Shown: in pieces, positions 36,746 through 46,599 of the stretch
Layout of the letters: each line of letters opens with the position of its first letter
Position numbering within the stretch: position 1 is the first letter of the stretch
NCBI RefSeq assembly: GCF_000315625.1
Contig: NW_005434513.1
Span: 20,381-84,380 of the forward strand
DNA length: 64,000 nucleotides
Direction of reading: 5' to 3'
From: Guillardia theta CCMP2712
Taxonomy: Eukaryota > Protista > Cryptophyta
Notes under the pieces: generated by a model
Databases searched by the model: none
Told to the model about the DNA's origin: nothing
What the model saw: only the letters and a program-made list of their open reading frames with translations
Made by a program: the position numbers and the translations under genes

Positions 36746-37276
36746 GTAAGTCATCGCTTCTTGTAAGTCATCGCTTCTTGTAAGTCATCGCTTCTTGTAA
36801 GTCATCGCTTCTTGTAAGTCATCGCTTCTTGTAAGTCATCGCTTCTTGTAAGTCATCGCTTCTTGTAAGTCATCGCTTCTTGTAAGTCATCGCTTCTTGT
36901 AAGTCATCGCTTCTTGTAAGTCATCGCTTCTTGTAAGTCATCGCTTCTTGTAAGTCATCGCTTCTTGTAAGTCATCGCTTCTTGTAAGTCATCGCTTCTT
37001 GTAAGTCATCGCTTCTTGTAAGTCATCGCTTCTTGTAAGTCATCGCTTCTTGTAAGTCATCGCTTCTTGTAAGTCATCGCTTCTTGTAAGTCATCGCTTC
37101 TTGTAAGTCATCGCTTCTTGTAAGTCATCGCTTCTTGTAAGTCATCGCTTCTTGTAAGTCATCGCTTCTTGTAAGTCATCGCTTCTTGTAAGTCATCGCT
37201 TCTTGTAAGTCATCGCTTCTTGTAAGTCATCGCTTCTTGTAAGTCATCGCTTCTTGTAAGTCATCGCTTCTTGTAG
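36746..37276. repeat. Perfect minisatellite, 17-bp unit gtaagtcatcgcttctt, ~31 copies
   Basis: Directly visible; 531 bp = 31x17 + gtag. Confidence 0.97.
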
Positions 37277-37808
37277 GCAGGTGGTCAGCACCTGCTCGGT
37301 GAAAATACAGCACAGGCAGAACATGTTGTCGATCTGGGGAGGCTGTGCTGGCGGTAGCGGCTTCCTCGGGTAGGTGACGTTCTCCTGGTCCGCATTCATG
37401 CCATTGAAGGTTTTTCATGTCCATGATCGGGATGCTTCATTGGTTCTATCTTGTTCCCCTCCAAACATCCTCCAAGACCTTCAGGCAGCAGACCAGGAAC
37501 AAGATCAGGGACGCACAGATCGCACCCGGACCGCCGCCGTCCCCTTGCATGTTCGCCGGCATATCCTGGTCATCCATGATCCGAGTCACATAGTCGTCAT
37601 TCATGCGCACGGGCAGCAGGGGGGATCATTGCAGGTCGAGAAGTCGTTTCTCGACATGTATCGAATGCCCGCCCCTGAGAGCTCGGATCAGAACTCCACC
37701 CCCCCGTCCTAGGATACTGATCCGCTGAACGAACCCGTCATTGAGGAGAATCGACATGTTGAAGATCCAGTTGTTCTCGCACCAATTGGACTCTTTCAAC
37801 TGCACAAT

Positions 37809-38016
37809 ATCGTTCCCGCTCCTCGACCGAGAGAGCTCGCGTCCAGCTGACTAAGTGCTGATCGTTCCCGCTCCTCGACCGAGAGAGCTCGCGTCCAGCT
37901 GACTAAGTGCTGATCGTTCCCGCTCCTCGACCGAGAGAGCTCGCGTCCAGCTGACTAAGTGCTGATCGTTCCCGCTCCTCGACCGAGAGAGCTCGCGTCC
38001 AGCTGACTAAGTGCTG
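37809..38016. repeat. Tandem repeat, 52-bp unit x4
   Basis: atcgttcccgctcctcgaccgagagagctcgcgtccagctgactaagtgctg starts at 37809, 37861, 37913 and 37965. Confidence 0.95.
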
Positions 38017-38031
38017 CTGGAGACAAGCCCG

Positions 38032-39744
38032 TTACGAGTCAATGAGCTGCTGGAGATCAGCGAGCCTGTTGGTCTCGCCATAGACTTCTGCGTACACGTC
38101 GTCGATATCGACGTAAAGACTTCTCCTCGCTGGATCCCTTGCCCCCGACGGATCCAAGAACAAGTCGTCCCAGTGGAACTCGAACCATCGACCTGTGTGG
38201 TAAGAGAGGAGAGGAGTAGACAGGATCGCGCGCAAGCTCTCATTGTAGAATTGCTTCGGTTGTCGTCTGATGTGCTTGCTCTGCGCTATGAACATCGCAC
38301 AGCACGACGCGAACGGGATCGAGGGTCCGCTCTTTGTTCGTCCGAACCTTCTTTCTATGCTTTCAAAGAGCCTCTTTGACTGCTGGAATACCTCTGGAGG
38401 CTCCTCCCACACCAGTCGCCGACCTCTCCTGTCCCACGGCTTCGATCGCTCCCTCAGCGAGATTACAGCTCGATAGATTTTATCAAGCACTGCTTGGCTC
38501 TTTGTGTCGTGTATCGACCTGTTCGTCTCCCTCTCGTAGTCGTTCACTGTATATGAGACAAAGCAGAGCGGCTCACGAAGCTCGTGGCAGTAGCAGCTGT
38601 TCAACGTCACCGGATTCTCATCTATGAAGCCTACGAGCGACGAGTAGGCCGCAAGCTTCGCAATCTCCGGATACACAAGCGCGCCGCTCTCTCTGTCTCT
38701 CAGACGCGAGGCGACCAGGAGGTAGAACGCGCGAGATCGCTTGAAAACCGGCCTCAGCTGGCTGTGCCAGCTTGTATGTCCATGATCGTGTAGGAAGACG
38801 GTCATGGAGGGAAGCTTGTCGTAGTACTCCACCATGTACGCCAGGTACACTGCAGCCTCGTTGCCCTTGTTCGGCGCCAGAAGCTTCTCCTGCACTGTGA
38901 TGCCACATGGGAAGCCAGCGACCAGAGGAGACGAGAGCATCCCTGCTAGGTTCAAGCCCACGTCAGCTCGCCTGTAGAGCAGCACGAGGCTGTTGGTCAA
39001 CCCCATCAGCCCGACGTCCTCCACCACCCTCATCGTCGGCGACGCGTCTCGCATGGCGACCACGACATGTACCTCTCCTTGCGGCAGCGCCTGACTGAGA
39101 CATCGCGAGCTCGGTTCCTCTACCTGCATTCTCGATCTCAACGACTCGGTCTCCCCTACGTTCATCTCCCGCCATTCACACAGAGTTTCCCCTGGCGTGC
39201 AGATGCCGTGCGAGAAGAAGCTGTCCAGACAGTCACGATACCTGCTTCGCGCGTACTCGAGAGGCCTGCACATGGACCATGCTCCTGCCAGGTAGCAGTA
39301 GTTGCTCGTGACGTTCGCCGCCTTCGCCTGAGACGCAGACAGCAAGCGCGAGGACGGATCCAAGCACAAGAACTCTCCGTTGCTGCATATTCTCCACGAT
39401 TCCTTGCCCGTCAGACAGTCTAGTCTCGGACTTGGGTCATTGAAGCCTTTGAGGCTAAACCCTGCTCAAGCATCAGCGTCGGGTCGTCGCTGCTCGGGCT
39501 CACCTGCTACTTGCGTGCACCTGTACACTGAGCCGTCTAGGCTACATGCTCGACTTTGGCGCCGAGTTTTCATCTTGCTGTTCAAGCCATGAAGGCTGGC
39601 AGGCCGAGGGTGGGAGAGGTAAGTCAGCACCGCCGCCTGCAGCACCAGCATGCCTCCCCCTGCCCCTGTCAGCCAGCTCAGCCGCCACGAGGGCATTAGC
39701 GCTTTCCCGGACCTACGAGGCAAGTCCGCCCCATGATCATTCAT
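38032..39744 (-). CDS. DUF3431-family type II membrane protein (putative glycosyltransferase-like)
   Basis: VHVVVAM...NKGNEAAVYLAYMVEYYDKLPSMTVFLHDH...SCCAMFIAQSKHIRRQPKQFY...GRWFEFHWDDLF, with an N-terminal TM segment (GGGMLVLQAAVLTYL) in the upstream exon. Confidence 0.75.
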
Positions 39745-40282
39745 AGACAGAAAAACAATTTCACAGGACAAAATCTCAACAAGCGGGACAGCGAGGAGGA
39801 CGTACGCTTACATGGTGCTGTAGGTTCGTTCTCCTCCTCCTCCTCTTCCTCCTCCTCCTCTCCAACACTTGCGTCCTCTGGGTGTGCGGAGCAATTCTCT
39901 GTCAAGACACTACTCAGGCTCGTGCTCTCCGTCGCAAAGTGGCCTGATCGAGCCTGATCCATGTCTGCAGCAGACATGTCTGCTTGACAGCAGACATGAA
40001 GACATTCAGACATGTCTGCTGTCGAGCAGACATAAAGACATTCAGACATGTCTGCTGTCCAGCAGAAAGGATGACATTTGGACATGTCCCCCTCCCCGCA
40101 AGGTCTGTGCGTTTTGTCGCGGCAAGGAGAGATCACAACTTGAGTGTTATGGGGCTAACCCTCTGTGTACATGTCTAGACATGTGCTGAAAGCAAATCAC
40201 TCATAGCCAGCACTGAAGCACTTACTCTTCAAACTTTGGCTTTAAGAAAACTAACAATCAATTTTTACTTAACTTAACATTG

Positions 40283-40355
40283 AGGATAAAGGTGGTAGAT
40301 GACGTCGCGTTTCTGGGCTTGACGAACAGCATCATCTACCTGTACCGTCCACACA
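40283..40355 (+). pseudogene. Remnant of a diverged DUF3431 paralog in opposite orientation
   Basis: RIKVVDDVAFLGLTNSIIYLYRP versus MRVVEDVGLMGLTNSLVLLYRR in the neighbouring gene. Confidence 0.6.
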
Positions 40356-40929
40356 CCTACGAAAGGAGGATCAACAAGACTGTACGAGACCTCAAGAGAC
40401 AAGACCTTACAACAAGTTTGACTAGAGTCGCTGCTTCGACCTGTCTCGTAGGTTGGCGAACAGAGAGCGTCTCCCAAGCATTTCTCGCAGGTGCTAGATC
40501 GGTTTCAAGGCGTTCAGAATAAGCACGGAGACCCGATGACCGGCAGGTTCGGGTTGCTGGTGAACTTAGATCACGACGCTTGATGCCTGGTCCCTAGCTC
40601 AACTCCTCTCCAGCAGGAACACGGAGAGGATGAGGGAGAGTCAAGAACAAGGACGAAACGCCGCGTCGGAAGGACGAGGATAACAGAACAAAGATGACGA
40701 GCATTGCGAGTACAACACTGTTGAAAGACGCGTCGACGAACATGAACCAAGAGAAAACTTGGTGGAGGACAACGAAGGAGGTCCAGATCCGCACAGCACG
40801 ATGGAGGGGGAGGGGGGGGGGGGGGGGGCTCAAGAGAAGGAGGAGGCTGTCAGGATCAAAGGAGATTATTGACTCATACTCCTCGACATTGTTTTATTTC
40901 ATAGAACAGCTGATTCCCTCTGCACACCG

Positions 40930-41810
40930 TTTCCGAGGAGAGAGAAGAAAAGAAGGGAAGAGAAGATAAGAGAAGAGAAGAGGAGAGGAGAGAAGAGGAA
41001 AAAGAGAAGAGAAGAAGAGGAGAGGAGAGGAGAGGAGAAGAGAGGAGAAGAGAAGAGGATATCAGATTCAGATCGGATCGGACGCTAACCCCACCTCACC
41101 TCACCTTGATGTGCCGTCATTCATGTTACTTATCTGATCACCTCTCCTGTCCCTACCCTCCCCTCCTCTCCTTCTCCACTCCACTCCGCTCCCCTCTCCG
41201 CCCCGCTCCCCTTCGCTCCTTTCCCCTTCCCTTCTCTCCTCCCTTCTCTCCTCTCCTCCCATCTCCCCTTCCCTTCTCTCTTCTTTTGTCTTCTCCTCAT
41301 CTCTCCTCATCTCTCCTCTCCCTTCTCTCCTCTCCCTACCCTTCCCTTCCCTTCCCTCCTCATCTCGCCTCTTCCCATTTCTCCTCGGAGTCCTCTCTTC
41401 TCTCCGCTCCCATCCGCTCCCATCCGCTCCCATCCGCTCCCCTCCCCTCCTCCCCTTCCCTCCTCCACTCTGCTCTGCTCTGCTCTGCTCTGCTCTACTC
41501 TACTCTGCTCTGCTCTGCTCTGCTCTGCTCTGCTCTGCTCTGCTCTGCTCTGCTCTGCTCTGCTCTGCTCTGCTCTGCTCTACTCTGCTCTCCCTTTCTC
41601 TCCTCTCTTCTCCCCTCCCCTGCTCTCCCTTTCTCTCCGCTCCGCTCCCCTCCTATCTCATCCCCTCCCTTTCTCTCCCTTCCGCTCCCCTCCCCTCCCT
41701 TCCGCTCCCCTCCCCTCCGCTCCCCTCCGCTCCCCTCCGCTCCGCTCCCCTCCGCTCCCCTCACTTTCTCTCCCTTCCGCTTCCCTCCACTCGCCTTCTC
41801 TCCTTCTCTC
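40930..41810. repeat. Compound microsatellite / polypurine-polypyrimidine tract: (AGAAG)n, (CTCTG)n, (CCGCT)n
   Basis: Directly visible low-complexity sequence. Confidence 0.9.
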
Positions 41811-42218
41811 CCCGCGGGCTCGCTGTCGAAGTTCCGACTGCGCAGGCACATAACTGCTGGCGTGAGGTTCACTACCCCACGGATGGTTCTGTTAATGTTA
41901 TCCTTCAGCAAATTCCGCCTGTGCATCAAGAGTAAGAAACCACTTACAGGTTGAACGGACTTCAGTGCAATAAGTAGTGTCACGCTTGACTTTGATGAAA
42001 CGACCACACCTACTGACATTTTACATGAAAGAACCCAACCTGCTGGGTATGAGTGGTGCAGGCCAAACTCTTTTGTTCAATCGCGTCCTCNNNNNNNNNN
42101 NNNNNNNNNNNNNNNNNNNNNNNNNNNNNNNNNNNNNNNNNNNNNNNNNNNNNNNNNNNNNNNNNNNNNNNNNNNNNNNNNNNNNNNNNNTTGATTATTA
42201 ATTGCACCAAACGAATAG

Positions 42219-43290
42219 GCCTCCGAGAACAAGGAGGGCTGAGGCCATGGAAATCAAAACAATGGCCCTCCTTTCACGTGAGGAGATACGGTATCGTCGA
42301 ATGTTTCAACATCCCTGATCAGCACATGAGGGGTTCAATCCAAGCAATCTCTGTTTCAGGACGTTGTAATAAAAACCAACGTGGAGATCTCGGACCAACA
42401 TCGCAGTGGTACACGAGACAGCAGGGAGCCAAGGATAGCCCCCTTACCTCAGGTACACAACACACACATCGTATCATCCACCATATGATGCAGTCAAGAC
42501 GAGGTCGTCCTCTCTGACTTCTTGACAAGCGTCCAGCAAGATCGTCGGCGGCTCGAGTGCACAATCATCAGCAACCTCAACCAATGAAAGCGTGAAACAA
42601 TCCTCACAAACAGTCGCCCAGTCTTATCCCCAACTCAATGATCACGCGTTCCTCCTTCGAGCTCTTCCATCGTCCTTCGTATCTGCTCCAGTGTGTCTTG
42701 TAGCCCCTCCGCCCCCGCCTCTACTTGCCTCCTCACCAGCCTCTCCGCGCTCCCCGGACTCAACAGCCGACTGATCGCCGACCGGCTCTTCCCATACAGA
42801 CTCGACTGGTTCCCACTGATGGACAGCCGCCAGATCTTGGACGGTCTCCCCGGAGGAGTATTAGAGACTGACGATGTCTGTCTTACTGCTTAGAGGTGAG
42901 GGGCTTCTTTGCCCGTGATGAGGNNNNNNNNNNNNNNNNNNNNNNNNNNNNNNNNNNNNNNNNNNNNNNNNNNNNNNNNNNNNNNNNNNNNNNNNNNNNN
43001 NNNNNNNNNNNNNNNNNNNNNNNNNNNNNNNNNNNNNNNNNNNNNNNNNNNNNNNNNNNNNNNNNNNNNNNNNNNNNNNNNNNNNNNNNNNNNNNNNNNN
43101 CCTACAGGAAGGAAGTCGGGGAGGGAGGGGGGCGGGAGGAGGGAGTCGGGAAGGAGGGCGGGGAGGGAGCCGAGGTCGGAGAGGGTGTCGGCGTCAGGGG
43201 GAGGGGGGAGGAGGTCGAGGGGGGAAAGGAAGGGTATGGGGAGGGAGAAGACGGAGGGGGACATTGGAAGGAGGAGGGGAGGGAGGATCG
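42219..43290 (-). repeat. Left arm of a ~1.07-kb inverted repeat carrying an HTH-family gene copy (interrupted by an N-gap)
   Basis: Reverse complement of ~44880-45946. The ORF track shows identical peptides at 42319-42564(-) and 45602-45847(+). Confidence 0.85.
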
Positions 43291-43640
43291 TTGGGAAGGA
43301 AGAGGGATTCGGATCCGTTAGGGAGGAGGAGGTTGAGGTAGGAGGCGAAGTTTTCTGAGGGACTGAGGGTAGACCAAGAGGAGGAGGTGATGGTAGGAGG
43401 TGATGGTGTGGAGGACGGAGCAGTTGATTATTATAGACAATGAATTTTTGTCCTCGATTCCCCCGGACTACTGACGTCATGTGTTCCTATACGTTTAACT
43501 TGCTGACACACCGTCTAAGCCCCCTACACCCTCTTCCTAGGGCCTAGTCGTCTCCTATGACCTACAGTCAAAGTAGTAAAAAACCCAACTCCTTGGCATT
43601 TGTAATAACCTAAAATAAAGGTGACAAGCAAGATTCATTG

Positions 43641-44060
43641 ATGGTGAATATTCCTGTCCTCCTCCATTCCTCGAGTTCTCCATCCTCTCACTTCTACTTC
43701 AGTCCTGCCTCCCTCCTTCCCTCCTTCCCTCCTCCCTTCAACACAGACCTCCTGACCCCCCTCCCTCATACACAGACCCTTCCTCCCCTCCTCTTCCAAT
43801 GACCCCCTCCGTCTTCCCCTCCCATTCCCCACTCGACTCCGCGACTCGACCTCCTTCTTCCTCCCGGGGGCCCTGATGCCGACCCTCTCTCCGACCGTCG
43901 GACCTCGGACCCCTCCCCGCCCTCCTTCCCGACTCCCTCCCCGAACCCTGAGTCTCCCCGACGACCCGGACCGCTGGCCTGACGCTGGCGAGGATGTACG
44001 GGAAGGGCCGGTCGGCGATCAGCCGGCTACTGAGGCAGGAGATACGAATGAGCAAGGGAG
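43641..44060 (+). pseudogene. Degraded HTH-family paralog with internal deletion
   Basis: 43641-43810 aligns to 44716-44915. ...gacgctggcgaggatgtacgggaagggccggtcggcgatcagccggctactgaggc retains only LARMYGKGRSAISRLL. Confidence 0.75.
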
Positions 44061-44904
44061 AGAGGGAGGAGGGCGGGCAGGGCGGGTGATACAAGGCTTG
44101 GACCATCGTCGTGACCCAGGACCCGTGGTGGAGAGCCAGTGGGAGAAACACGGGTCTGGTGATGATGGGCGACGGGACGAGACGAGCGTGCGAGGGAGAA
44201 GAAGGGATTGTGTACTAGCCATTACTGTGTCATGTCACGGTTCACAACGGTTTTACAAGGACAGACTTTAAAACGTTTTAGGACATGCGTCTACTTGGCG
44301 GTTGATTATTATCAATCTTCCGAAGAAGCGTGAGCCCTGACAAGGGTCAGACCCCCGATACCCCCAATGATGCAAGAGACATGAGGGGGTGGTTGGAAAT
44401 CGTAGGGCCGCGGCCGTTGAACGGTTGTCAGCAGCATACGTGGTGCTGTGGAACACCGTCAGCCTGGAAGTAAACCCCTTCCTTCCGCATCAGCCTCGAA
44501 TCTTCAGGCCTCCCCCACAGTTGTCATGCTGCGCTTGTCAGGAGGGCTTGCACCCCTTGGCGCACCTCCGGGAGAGGTCAGGCTAGGGTCCGATCAGGCT
44601 AGGGTCCGATCAGTTGCTGGATTGTGTGGTAAAGTTGATGTCCGGGAACACGAACGTAACTTGATGACAAGTCAATCTCTACCCATTGTAGCATGAGGAA
44701 AAAAAACCGGGATCAGTGGTAAATATTCCTGTCCTCCTCAATTCCTCGAGTTGTCCATCCTCCTACTTCTACTTCAGTCCTGCCCACCTATCCATCCTTG
44801 GCTCCTCCCTTCAACACAGACCTCCTGACCCTCCTCCCACTGCGTCCTGTCTCCCCTCCTCCGTCCTCACTCATCCACAGACCCTCCCTCCCCTACTCCT
44901 TCCA

Positions 44905-45531
44905 ATGACCCCCTCCGTCTTCTCCCTCCCCATCCCCTTCCTTTCCCCCCTCGACCTCCTCCCCCCTCCCCCTGACGCCGACACCCTCTCCGACCTCGGC
45001 TCCCTCCCCGCCCTCCTTCCCGACTTCTTCCTCCCGCCCCCCTCCCTCCCCGACTTCCTTCCTGTAGGCTATCCCCTCTTCCTCCCTCCCCCCGACGGCT
45101 CCCTGAGTCTCCCCGACCACTGCTGGCCTGACGCTGACGCTGGCCTACCTCCGGCCTCGCCTTGGTCGCCGCCTTGCGAGGCTGGGCAGGAGGCTCTGCC
45201 TGCGAGCTCCCGCTGGACCCTCCACGCCCGCATCCAGCACAGCGCCCTCTGCACGGGCAAGAAGCGCCTCACCTCTCAGCAGAAGACCGACATCGTCAGG
45301 CTCTACTACTCCTCCGGGGAGACGTCCAAGCGCCGGCGGGCGGTCCAGCAGTGGGACCTGGCGAGGCTGTACGGGAAGAGCCGGTCGGCGATCAGCCGGC
45401 TGCTGAGGCCGGGGAGCGCGGAGAGGCTGGTGAGGAGGCAAGTAGAGGCGGGGGCGGAGGGGCTACAAGACACACTGGAGCAGATACGAAGGACGATGGA
45501 AGAGCTCGAAGGAGGAACGCGTGATCATTGA
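44905..45531 (+). CDS. Solo HTH-family protein, second intact copy (Pro/Asp-rich N-terminus)
   Basis: MTPSVFSLPIPFLSPLDLLP (compare MDHNVFSLPIPPLSPHDVLP at 4326). The HTH core has only 4 nt differences in ~200 bp from the 4326 copy. Confidence 0.75.
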   Translation: MTPSVFSLPIPFLSPLDLLPPPPDADTLSDLGSLPALLPDFFLPPPSLPDFLPVGYPLFLPPPDGSLSLPDHCWPDADAGLPPASPWSPPCEAGQEALPASSRWTLHARIQHSALCTGKKRLTSQQKTDIVRLYYSSGETSKRRRAVQQWDLARLYGKSRSAISRLLRPGSAERLVRRQVEAGAEGLQDTLEQIRRTMEELEGGTRDH

Positions 45532-46599
45532 GTTGGGGATAAGACTGGGCGACTGTTTGTGAGGATTGTTTCACGCTTTCATTGGTTGAGGTTGCTGATG
45601 ATTGTGCACTCGAGCCGCCGACGATCTTGCTGGACGCTTGTCAAGAAGTCAGAGAGGACGACCTCGTCTTGACTGCATCATATGGTGGATGATACGATGT
45701 GTGTGTTGTGTACCTGAGGTAAGGGGGCTATCCTTGGCTCCCTGCTGTCTCGTGTACCACTGCGATGTTGGTCCGAGATCTCCACGTTGGTTTTTATTAC
45801 AACGTCCTGAAACAGAGATTGCTTGGATTGAACCCCTCATGTGCTGATCAGGGATGTTGAAACATTCGACGATACCGTATCTCCTCACGTGAAAGGAGGG
45901 CCATTGTTTTGATTTCCATGGCCTCAGCCCTCCTTGTTCTCGGAGGTTGTTGTCAGAGTGATTGTGTTCGATTCGTTTGTTTTGTCTTTTTTCCACGCTC
46001 CATGGGATGAAAGACTAGGTAGAGGGTGGCTCGACACTTGATCTCTAGTGAAGCACGCCAACTTCATTCAAAACTTTCACTTTGCAGTGAATTACTTCAA
46101 CACGAAACTTTCTTTCTTTTCGTGAAAAATACAGGCACGTCAATCGGCTTGTGAAATCTCGGTGAGGGGTTTTGACTTTTTTTTCATGACGGGTGGTGCC
46201 ACACGGATGGTCGCGGGGTGGCATTTCTTGTTCTTTGAAGAGGGGGTGGTTTTACAGATGATTGTAGGGGTAGAAAAAGTTCAGGGGGTGGGTATTGTTG
46301 TATCATGTGGGGTAGTGGATCGGGGTGGCAGGGTAGTGCTTGAGGGGAAGAGTCGGGATGCAGAGGCAAGAGGAGAAGAGGAGATGAAGGAGAGAGACGG
46401 AGAGACGGAGGAGAGTAGCCTGAAGTGAGGAGGAGAGCGAGCTAGAGTCCGAGGAGGGCGCGAGGAGAGTAGAAAGGTACCAAGGAGGGTGGATGGAGGG
46501 TAGAAAGTTTTGAGAGGAAAGTGCACTGCAGATAGAAGCAGGTGACGGAGAGAGGACAAGTGATGAGATAGGTAGGAGAGAAGCTCAAGAGCTTGTCAG

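Noticed and set aside
36746-38016. CRISPR-like appearance of the 17-bp and 52-bp arrays (and the 54-bp arrays)
   Set aside because: They are head-to-tail repeats without unique spacers, there are no cas genes, and the context is eukaryotic.
41820-42090. Exon-like minus-strand segments ([32 protein letters not shown])
   Set aside because: Truncated by a gap and flanked by low-complexity DNA; too little evidence to call a gene.
42780-42923. Apparent heavy divergence and frameshifts of the HTH copy in the left arm
   Set aside because: Errors rise toward the gap edge, consistent with low-quality read ends, so pseudogenisation cannot be inferred.
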